The notes under the pieces: model-generated
Databases searched by the model: none
What the model saw: only the letters and a program-made list of their open reading frames with translations
What the model was told of the DNA's origin: nothing
In this document: piece by piece, positions 26,221 through 34,163 of the stretch
How positions within the stretch are numbered: position 1 is the first letter of the stretch
Layout: each line of letters opens with the position of its first letter
Position numbers and translations under genes: made by a program
NCBI GenBank assembly: GCA_910587895.1
Contig: CAJUOE010000039.1
Span: forward strand, 1,711-65,710
DNA length: 64,000 bases
Reading direction: 5' to 3'
From: an uncultured Lachnospiraceae bacterium
Lineage (GTDB): Bacteria; Bacillota; Clostridia; Lachnospirales; Lachnospiraceae

Positions 26221-28428
26221 ATGGTTATGAAATCATTGGTAATTGCAGAAAAACCCAGCGTGGGCAGGGATATTGCCAGAGTGCTGGGTTGCAGACAGGG
26301 GGGCAATGGCTATCTGGAGGGAAAGGACTATGTGGTGACGTGGGCGCTTGGCCATCTCGTGGAGCTGGCAGATCCGGAGAGCTATGGAGAACAGTGGAAA
26401 GAATGGAAGATGGAGACGCTTCCGATGCTGCCGGAACATCTGGAAATTCAGGTCATCAAAAAGACCGGACATCAGTATCAGATTGTTAAGAAGCAGATGC
26501 ACCGCAAAGACATCGGACAGATTATTATCGCTACGGACGCGGGCAGGGAAGGGGAACTGGTGGCGCGCTGGATTATCCAGAAATCCGGCGTCAGAAAACC
26601 AATGAAACGGCTGTGGATTTCTTCGGTAACGGACAAGGCGATTCGCGAGGGATTTTCGAATCTCAAAGACGCCAGGCAGTACCAGAAATTATTTGAGGCC
26701 GCCGTCGCACGCGCAGAGGCGGACTGGATGGTAGGGCTGAACGCTACGCGCGCATTGACGGTGAAACATAACGCGCAGCTCTCCTGCGGCCGGGTGCAGA
26801 CGCCTACGCTTGCGATTATTGCCAAGCGTGAGGCGCAGATAAAAGCCTTCCAGCCCAAGGAATATTACGGCCTGAAAATCAAAGGAGAGAACGTTTCCTG
26901 GACATGGAAATCTTCACAGAACAGCAGCAGCACATTTCAGAAGGAGGAGGCAGAACGCGCGCTGGAACATGTTTCCAACAGCACCGCAGTCGTGGAGGAA
27001 GTTAAGAAGAAACAGCACAAGAGTTATGCGCCGCAGCTTTACGATCTGACTTCCCTGCAGCAGGATGCAAACCGCATGTTTGGATTTTCTGCAAAGCAGA
27101 CGCTTGATTTTATGCAGGGCCTTTATGAGCGCCATAAGGTTGTAACCTATCCAAGAACCGATTCCCGTTACCTTACGGCAGACATCGTGGAGACGATACC
27201 GGAACGCCTCAGGGCATGTCGAACCGGCGCCTATGCACAGATTTGCGGGAAACTGTTAAAGACCACGATCAAGGCGAATAAATCTTTTGTGGACGATAAG
27301 AAAGTGTCAGACCATCATGCCATCATTCCTACGGAGCAGGGCGTGGACTGGAAGAATCTGGAGTACGGGGAGCGCAAAATATACGAGCTGGTAGTTTCTC
27401 GTTTTCTTGCCGTTTTGTTACCGCCGTGCGAGTACCAGCAGACGGAAGTGACGGCAGTATGCCAGGGGGAACGTTTTTCTCTCAAAGGCAGGGTGCTCAT
27501 ACAGCCGGGCTGGCAGGAAATCAAAACCATTCAAAAAGAGGCGGGCATTTCCGAGGATTCCCAGGAAGAGGATGAATTTCAAAATGGAGACATGGGAATT
27601 CCCGATTTTGCCAAAGGGCAGAAGGTTTTGTTTACAGACGGGAAAATTACGCATGGGAAGACGAAACCGCCGGTGCCTTTTACGGAGGCAACATTGCTGG
27701 CGGCTATGGAAAACCCTGTCAAATATATGGATAATACCGATAAGAAACTGAAACAGACGCTTGGAGAGACTGGTGGGCTGGGAACGGTCGCTACACGGGC
27801 GGATATTATCGAGAAATTATTTCACAGCTTTATGATTGAAAAGCGTGAGCAATACATCCACCTGACTTCCAAGGGCAGGCAGGTTCTGGAGCTTGCGCCG
27901 CAGGGGCTGACGTCTCCGGAGCTGACGGCAAAATGGGAGCGGGAGCTTGCAGATATTGCCGCTGGAAAGACGAGGAAAAAAGACTTTGAGTCCAGAATCC
28001 GCGTATACACGACGGATATTGTAAAGGATATCCAGGCATCCTCGAAAACCTACCGCCATGATAACCTGACCAATAAGAAATGCCCGCAGTGTGGAAAACT
28101 GATGCTGGAGGTCAACCACAAGAACGGCAGGATGCTGGTGTGCCAGGACAGGGAATGCGGCTATCGCAAGACGCTTTCCCGGATTACCAATGCCCGCTGT
28201 CCCCAGTGCCACAAGAAGATGGAACTGGTAGGAGAGGGGGAAAACCGCAAGTTCATCTGTGCCTGCGGCTACCGGGAGAAGTTGTCGGCATTTGAAAAAC
28301 GCCGCAAAGACAGCGGAGGCGGAGTGTCTAAAAAAGACGTTTCCCAATATATGAATAAGATGAAACGCGAGGCAAAAGAGCCGGTAGGCAATGCGCTTGC
28401 AGACGCTTTGTCGAAACTTAAATTATAA
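26221..28428 (+). CDS. topB: DNA topoisomerase III
   Basis: Toprim VIAEKPSVGRDIA..TWALGHL and DAGREGE. Catalytic Tyr context TYPRTDSRYL. Two C-terminal Cys4 fingers (CPQCGKLM..CQDRECGY; CPQCHKKM..CACGY). Confidence 0.9.
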   Translation: MVMKSLVIAEKPSVGRDIARVLGCRQGGNGYLEGKDYVVTWALGHLVELADPESYGEQWKEWKMETLPMLPEHLEIQVIKKTGHQYQIVKKQMHRKDIGQIIIATDAGREGELVARWIIQKSGVRKPMKRLWISSVTDKAIREGFSNLKDARQYQKLFEAAVARAEADWMVGLNATRALTVKHNAQLSCGRVQTPTLAIIAKREAQIKAFQPKEYYGLKIKGENVSWTWKSSQNSSSTFQKEEAERALEHVSNSTAVVEEVKKKQHKSYAPQLYDLTSLQQDANRMFGFSAKQTLDFMQGLYERHKVVTYPRTDSRYLTADIVETIPERLRACRTGAYAQICGKLLKTTIKANKSFVDDKKVSDHHAIIPTEQGVDWKNLEYGERKIYELVVSRFLAVLLPPCEYQQTEVTAVCQGERFSLKGRVLIQPGWQEIKTIQKEAGISEDSQEEDEFQNGDMGIPDFAKGQKVLFTDGKITHGKTKPPVPFTEATLLAAMENPVKYMDNTDKKLKQTLGETGGLGTVATRADIIEKLFHSFMIEKREQYIHLTSKGRQVLELAPQGLTSPELTAKWERELADIAAGKTRKKDFESRIRVYTTDIVKDIQASSKTYRHDNLTNKKCPQCGKLMLEVNHKNGRMLVCQDRECGYRKTLSRITNARCPQCHKKMELVGEGENRKFICACGYREKLSAFEKRRKDSGGGVSKKDVSQYMNKMKREAKEPVGNALADALSKLKL

Positions 28429-28440
28429 GTTTGTGTTTTG

Positions 28441-28484
28441 CGTGAATGTTACGTGAAATCTAAGTGAACTTCGTGCGAATATGG
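28441..28484 (+). repeat. Four direct repeats of NGTGAA with 11-bp period, abutting a promoter
   Basis: cGTGAAtgtta / cGTGAAatcta / aGTGAActtcg / tGCGAAtatgg, each unit exactly 11 nt, ending 1 nt before a -35-like TTGATT. Confidence 0.5.
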
Positions 28485-28485
28485 C

Positions 28486-28515
28486 TTGATTTTTGAAAAT
28501 AACCTATGGTAAAAT
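28486..28515 (+). promoter_or_regulatory. Sigma-A type promoter candidate (extended -10) of the HD-GYP regulator gene
   Basis: TTGATT, 18 nt, TGgTAAAAT. Confidence 0.4.
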
Positions 28516-28598
28516 AGGATGGATATATGGCTGATGCCGTAAGGATTCAGCGGGTATAAATTATTTATTTAATGGCGGGATGATAGCGCCTGGAGGTA

Positions 28599-29693
28599 AT
28601 GGCAATGGAAGAACATATCATACTAATTGCGGATGACATAGAGATAAACCGCAAGATGCTCAGTTTTATTTTTGAGGAACAATATGAGATTCTGGAGGCG
28701 GCGGATGGTGTTGAAACCATAGATCTGATTGAGAAGTACGGAGAGAAACTGTCGCTGATTTTTCTCGATCTGATGATGCCCAACAAGTCGGGCCTCGACG
28801 TTCTGGAATACATGTCTGAGAAGGGATATATCAACATTATTCCGGTGATTATGATTACCGGGGAGGCAACGACAGAGAGTGAAGTAAAAGCATATGAATA
28901 TGGAGTTTCCGATATTATTTATAAGCCGTTCGAGAGCAAAATCGTTATGCGGCGTGCGCAGAATATTATTGAACTGTTCCAGAACCGGAGGGATATTGAG
29001 AAGAAACTGGAGAAACGTACGAGGCAGCTGCGAGAGAGCAGGGAAAAACTGGAGCGCAGCAATGAGTTCCTTGTAAATGCACTCAGTTCCGTGGTGGAGT
29101 TCCGCAGTCTGGAATCCGGTGAACATATCCAGCGCGTGAAGTATTTTACAAAGATCCTTCTTAGATATATGAAAGCTGAATTCCCGGAGTATGGACTTAC
29201 CGATGAGACGGTAAATCTTATCACCAATGCGTCCGCGCTTCATGATATCGGGAAAATTGCAATTCCGGACAGTATTCTTCTGAAACCGGGAAGGCTGACC
29301 AAAGATGAGTTCGAGGAGATGAAGAAGCATACGGTTTACGGATGTGAGCTGCTCGAGAATTTCAAGCAGGATGACAATGAGTTTTACAGATATTGTTATG
29401 ATATTTGCAGGCATCATCATGAGCGTTATGACGGCAATGGTTATCCGGACGGGCTGGCAGGTGAGGATATTCCCATCTGGGCGCAGGTTGTTTCCATTGT
29501 GGATGTATATGACGCGCTGGTGAGCAAGCGCGTATACAAGGCAGCTTATGCGGTGGAAGAAGCAGTGCGCATGATTAAGGATAACGAGTGCGGCGTCTTC
29601 TCCCCGAAGATCCTGGACTGCTTTGATATGGCGAAGGTTGAATTCTTCCGCGCAACTGAGGAAAAATTCTCATTTGTAGACGCTAATATGTAA
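28599..29693 (+). CDS. Response regulator with HD-GYP (c-di-GMP phosphodiesterase-type) output domain
   Basis: REC domain (ILIADD..FLDLMMPNKSGLD..ITGE..KP). HD-GYP motifs HDIGKIAIP and HHERYDGNGYPDG. Confidence 0.85.
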   Translation: MAMEEHIILIADDIEINRKMLSFIFEEQYEILEAADGVETIDLIEKYGEKLSLIFLDLMMPNKSGLDVLEYMSEKGYINIIPVIMITGEATTESEVKAYEYGVSDIIYKPFESKIVMRRAQNIIELFQNRRDIEKKLEKRTRQLRESREKLERSNEFLVNALSSVVEFRSLESGEHIQRVKYFTKILLRYMKAEFPEYGLTDETVNLITNASALHDIGKIAIPDSILLKPGRLTKDEFEEMKKHTVYGCELLENFKQDDNEFYRYCYDICRHHHERYDGNGYPDGLAGEDIPIWAQVVSIVDVYDALVSKRVYKAAYAVEEAVRMIKDNECGVFSPKILDCFDMAKVEFFRATEEKFSFVDANM

Positions 29694-29762
29694 AATAATG
29701 GGGTCGTTCGTTTGCGATGATTCGTAATACGGACGGCCCCATAACCATTCACGCGGGCGTAG

Positions 29763-29789
29763 TTAATAATGCGTCCGGTTCTCCGATAA
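29763..29789 (+). promoter_or_regulatory. Sigma-28 (FliA/SigD)-type promoter
   Basis: TTAA (29763-29766), 15 nt, TCCGATAA (29782-29789), compared with the consensus TAAA-N15-GCCGATAT. It lies 52 nt upstream of the ATG at 29841. Confidence 0.5.
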
Positions 29790-29840
29790 ATATAGAGAAG
29801 ATATAAGAGACAGGCAAATTCAGGCGAGGAGGACAGCATT

Positions 29841-30488
29841 ATGAGAATTACTACACAGATGTTAAATGCATCCATGAGGAAGGCGGGGCTGCCAATCAAC
29901 AATGTATCGCTGCTCAATTACGTCAATGGCAGCAGCAGCCAGGGCAACAGCCTTTTGAGTGCGTTGAATAAAAATGGAATCAAGGTAAACGACAGGGGCT
30001 ATGAGAAGTTAAAAGGCCTGGCGGAGAGCTTGCAGGAATCGGCGGAGAAGGTGGGCTCCGGGGATGCGTTTGAAGAGGCGCGTAAGAGCGGAGATAAAGA
30101 GCCAATTTACAACAATGCCAGGGAGATGGTAAAGAACTATAACAACACCATCAAGGCTTTAAAGAATACTTCTTCCCCACTGGATCAATATTACCGTCAG
30201 ATGCTTGGCGAAGTAAGCACAGATGCAGAGGCTCAGTTAAAGGAAATCGGAATCACCAGGGCGTCGGACGGCACGTTAAGCGTTGACAAGGACAAAATGA
30301 CGTCAGCAGATATTGATAAGCTTGAAGAGATTTTGGGTGCAGACGGTACTTTCACTTCAAGGATTTCATTTCTTGCAAACCGCATTGCGGACAATGCCAA
30401 AGCGAATGCGGCCAGCGCATCCAGCCAGTATAATGCTTTTGGTGACGCTTATTTTGCAGCGGCCAGCAAGTATGATTTCTGGGGATAG
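29841..30488 (+). CDS. Hypothetical 215-aa protein, possible flagellar-regulon member
   Basis: Strong RBS GAGGAGG. The first residues MRITTQML resemble FlgL/flagellin N-termini. An internal IGITRASDGTLSVDKDKMTSA segment resembles FliD-type segments. The rest is unrecognised, with no TM segment or signal peptide. Confidence 0.55.
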   Translation: MRITTQMLNASMRKAGLPINNVSLLNYVNGSSSQGNSLLSALNKNGIKVNDRGYEKLKGLAESLQESAEKVGSGDAFEEARKSGDKEPIYNNAREMVKNYNNTIKALKNTSSPLDQYYRQMLGEVSTDAEAQLKEIGITRASDGTLSVDKDKMTSADIDKLEEILGADGTFTSRISFLANRIADNAKANAASASSQYNAFGDAYFAAASKYDFWG

Positions 30489-30710
30489 GAGATGCGCTCC
30501 TTTTGAATAGTGTTCTCATTCGGTTTCCAGATAAAATTTCGGAAAATGGGACATAATAGCCTTAAAATTTTAAAAAATTACAATAAAATATAAAAACTAT
30601 ATGTAAATAAGGTTTTTTTGTGCATTTCCTATAGTTTTCGGGGATGTAAAATAAGATACAATGTGCAAGAATGACATTGTATTTGCTATAGGATGCCCAA
30701 AACCGGAAAA

Positions 30711-30745
30711 GGTCTTTGCATCTTTGATGCATGAGACCTTTTTTT
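30711..30745 (+). terminator. Terminator-like hairpin in the leader upstream of the sensor kinase gene
   Basis: GGTCTtTGCAT-ctttg-ATGCAtgAGACC followed by seven T, preceded by AAAA. Confidence 0.45.
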
Positions 30746-30797
30746 GTACTGGAATTCAGGAACAAAATCTATTAAAATAGAGAATAGGGAGGACCGG

Positions 30798-32576
30798 ATG
30801 AGAAAAAAAATATTGACAACATTGGATAACTATAAACTTGGAGAGAAGTTTTTGATTCTTTTTCTGGTTTGCGTACTGATTCCCCTTATTACTACAAATG
30901 GATTTATCCTTTGGAGTATGAAAAGGGGCATGGACAAGGAGCTAAATCAGAGGATGGAAAGCATAGGGGAGCGACTGAAACTGGAACTTGCCAGCGATAT
31001 CAGCAAGCAGTTGTCAATTGCAGATTATCTCGACCGAAATGTGAACCTGCAGGAATTTCTGGAAACACAATATGCAGATGCATCTGACTATTACGAAGCA
31101 TATGTGGAGTTAATGAGCAATCAGGTCATTCAGTATTATTACACGGCGCAGTCCGCTTACAGTATTATTATCTGTACGGAGAATGAGACGATAACGAATG
31201 GCACCTATTTTGTAAAAAGGCAAAGCGTGGAAAATACCAGCTGGTATCGGGCGTTTCAGGAGAGTGGCAGAAATATTTTACTGTACAGTTATTATGAGGA
31301 CGGAAAGGAATCCGGCGGTTATATTCCCAGGGGCAGGCGTATGGTTCTGATTCAGCGTATGGTTCACTGTGGGCAGGGTAACATCATTATGCTGGAACTG
31401 GATTATCAGCTGCTGATGGAAAAAATGGAGCTTATCTGTGAAGATGTGGATGGATACCTCTGTGCAAAGGACAAGGTCTTACTGGCTACCCGGGATAAAA
31501 ACAGCCGGGACAAGGAATTCTGGGATTTGGGGGAAATACAGGAAAAGGGATGCCTGTTGAACATACCACTGGAGATGTATGGGCGGGATATGGAATTTAT
31601 TCTTACGACGGAGCCGTCGATTATGTTTGATGTGATCCGCAGGCAGAAAGTGTCGATCCTGCTTTTGTATTTGGCGAATTTGATTCTGCCCAGCCTGTTT
31701 ATCTACATCTTATACCGTTCCCTGCATGACCGGGTAGAGCTGACGCAGGAATATTTGGAGCGCATGGAAAGAGGAACCTACGAGGTGATTCCAATTGAAA
31801 AAGGAGCCGATGAGATTGGCGGCATGATACAAAGCTATAATCTGATGGCGATGCGGATTAAAGAGCTGATTGAGGTGGTATTTAAGAACAAACAGCGTGA
31901 GCAGGATTTGGAGATTTCCAGAAAACAGGCGGAATTAAAAGCGCTTCAGAGCCAGCTGAACCCTCATTTCATATTCAATGCCTTAGAGAGCATACGAATG
32001 CACAGTATTTTGAAACAGGAAACGGAGACAGCAAAGATTCTGGAAAGTTTTGCGGTTTTGATGCGCAAAAATATCCAGTGGGATCAGGATTTTGTCACGA
32101 TCGAGGAAGAGGGCGACAATGTTCGCAGATATCTGGAAATACAGAAATATCGTTTCGGGAACCGGATGGAATTTTATTTACATATCCAGGAGGAGTGCCG
32201 AAACCGCCTGATTCCCAAATTCACCATCATTACATTTGTGGAAAATGCGTGTGTCCATGGGATTGAGAAGAGCGTGGAAGGAGGTTCCATCACCGTGATG
32301 GTATCGGAAGATGAGGAAAGCCTGTTCTTTGAGATTATGGATCAGGGAAGAGGCATGGAACCGGAAGAGCTGGAACATCTCAATAACCTGGTAAAACAGG
32401 CGGATATCCAATATATCCAGGAGGCCAAAAAGAGCATTGGGATTGCCAATACGGTGGTGCGGCTGCATCAGTATTATGGAGAAGAAGTACAGATTGACAT
32501 TAACAGTACCGCAAAGGAGGGAACCGAAATTTGCATTCAGATTCCCAAGGTGGGGAAGGCGGGTGATATGAATTGA
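30798..32576 (+). CDS. Sensor histidine kinase, YesM/LytS-like (HAMP + His_kinase + HATPase_c)
   Basis: Two TMs flank a ~270-aa extracellular domain. HAMP domain, H-box LQSQLNPHFIFNALESI, N-box FVENACVHGIE. GGGAGG RBS before the ATG at 30798. Confidence 0.85.
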   Translation: MRKKILTTLDNYKLGEKFLILFLVCVLIPLITTNGFILWSMKRGMDKELNQRMESIGERLKLELASDISKQLSIADYLDRNVNLQEFLETQYADASDYYEAYVELMSNQVIQYYYTAQSAYSIIICTENETITNGTYFVKRQSVENTSWYRAFQESGRNILLYSYYEDGKESGGYIPRGRRMVLIQRMVHCGQGNIIMLELDYQLLMEKMELICEDVDGYLCAKDKVLLATRDKNSRDKEFWDLGEIQEKGCLLNIPLEMYGRDMEFILTTEPSIMFDVIRRQKVSILLLYLANLILPSLFIYILYRSLHDRVELTQEYLERMERGTYEVIPIEKGADEIGGMIQSYNLMAMRIKELIEVVFKNKQREQDLEISRKQAELKALQSQLNPHFIFNALESIRMHSILKQETETAKILESFAVLMRKNIQWDQDFVTIEEEGDNVRRYLEIQKYRFGNRMEFYLHIQEECRNRLIPKFTIITFVENACVHGIEKSVEGGSITVMVSEDEESLFFEIMDQGRGMEPEELEHLNNLVKQADIQYIQEAKKSIGIANTVVRLHQYYGEEVQIDINSTAKEGTEICIQIPKVGKAGDMN

Positions 32577-34159
32577 TTAAGGTATTAGTGGTAGATGATG
32601 AGCAGTTTATCCGTCAGGGCCTGTGTCATCTGGTGGATTGGGAAAAATATGGCTATCAGATTGTGGCTGAGGCAGAAAACGGCTCGGATGCTATTCGCAT
32701 TCTTGAGGAAATAGAGATAGACCTGGTATTTGTTGATATCCGGATGCCCGGAATGACAGGGTTAGAACTGATTTCCTATGTACATGAAAATATCAAACGT
32801 CGGGTAGGGTTTGTAATCCTTACCGGATATGCAGATTTCAATTATGCAAGAGAGGCGTTGCGCTATAATGTACTGGATTATATTTTAAAGCCTGTATTGG
32901 AGGAAGAACTGCTTGGCGTCCTCAAAAAGATAAATAATGAATATCAGGATTACCATCAGCAGCAGAGGGATAAATATGATTTTCATATCTCACAGATCCT
33001 TCTTGGTAAGTTCTCCGATAAAAATGTAAGGCAGGTGCGGCGTTATTTATCGGGGGAAGGCAATATCAAATATGTGAGCGTGGAGTTTGACCAGAATCAA
33101 AAGGAATTTGCCTTGCTTACAAGAGAGCAGAGGATGGAGCAGCAAAGAGGGCTGTATCAATATCTTCGTGATTTGCTGGAAGAATTCTCTTATTATGTGG
33201 TGCCGCTTGTGGAAGCGGAAGAGGGAATCTTCGGCGCGGGGATTTTGTTGACGCAGCAACTGTGCAGCAAAGTGGATACGGATGAGAAAAGCTTTTTGAA
33301 GAATATCCAGAAACGCGTCACATGTCATTTTCCCTGCCCGATTCAGATTTATGTAGGGCAGGAAGTGGAAAAACTGGAGCAATTGTCGCAGTCATTCCTT
33401 TCGATCCGTGTGGCACGCTGTTTTCACGGACTGGCGCAGGAAGAATCTCGGGTGCGGAATTATGAGGATTTTGGCCATCGCAAATCATCCATGAAGATTC
33501 AGGAAAATGATGTGGAGGCGCTTTTAGAGGCGGTAAAGGAGAACCGCATTTCAGATATTGAATCCTGTGCGGAACGTATTTTTGCCCAGATACGGGGCAG
33601 TGATATGAATATGGAAATGGTCAATGCAAGCATTTATTATATACTGTATCGTTTGATGGAAATGGTACAGGAGTTTGATGACGAGACCAACCAGCAGGAA
33701 ATTCTGGAATATATCGGTAAGGAATCTTTTAACAAACTTGTGCTCAGTGGCAGCACGGAGGAGATTACCGGATTCTTTTCCGATTATGCCGGGTATCTGG
33801 CACAGGTACGCACACAGGAATCGAAGAAGGTTCTTGACCGGGTGGATGATTATGTGCGGGAAAACTATAAGGAGAAGATGAGTCTCAAATCGCTGGGTGA
33901 GCTGTTCTATGTAAACAATGTCTATCTGGGGCAGCTTTACAAGAAGAAATATGGAATCGTGTTCCGGGATTATCTGAACAACATCCGTCTGGAAAAAGCA
34001 CGGGAACTTTTAATCAATACTAATTTGAGGATTTATGCGATTGCGGAAGAGGTAGGATTTGCAAAGGCGGAGTATTTTATCAATAAGTTTGTGCAGAATT
34101 ACCATATGACGCCCAATCAGTACCGTATGCGCAATCGGAAACAGGAGGAAACAGAGTAA
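32573..34159 (+). CDS. Response regulator with AraC-type HTH output (YesN-like)
   Basis: REC domain (VLVVDDEQ..VDIRMPGMTGLEL..LTGY..KP). C-terminal AraC HTH (..VNNVYLGQLYKKKYG..IAEEVGFAKAEYFINKF...Y.MTPNQYR). TTG start overlaps the kinase stop. Confidence 0.85.
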   Translation: MIKVLVVDDEQFIRQGLCHLVDWEKYGYQIVAEAENGSDAIRILEEIEIDLVFVDIRMPGMTGLELISYVHENIKRRVGFVILTGYADFNYAREALRYNVLDYILKPVLEEELLGVLKKINNEYQDYHQQQRDKYDFHISQILLGKFSDKNVRQVRRYLSGEGNIKYVSVEFDQNQKEFALLTREQRMEQQRGLYQYLRDLLEEFSYYVVPLVEAEEGIFGAGILLTQQLCSKVDTDEKSFLKNIQKRVTCHFPCPIQIYVGQEVEKLEQLSQSFLSIRVARCFHGLAQEESRVRNYEDFGHRKSSMKIQENDVEALLEAVKENRISDIESCAERIFAQIRGSDMNMEMVNASIYYILYRLMEMVQEFDDETNQQEILEYIGKESFNKLVLSGSTEEITGFFSDYAGYLAQVRTQESKKVLDRVDDYVRENYKEKMSLKSLGELFYVNNVYLGQLYKKKYGIVFRDYLNNIRLEKARELLINTNLRIYAIAEEVGFAKAEYFINKFVQNYHMTPNQYRMRNRKQEETE

Positions 34160-34163
34160 GGTT

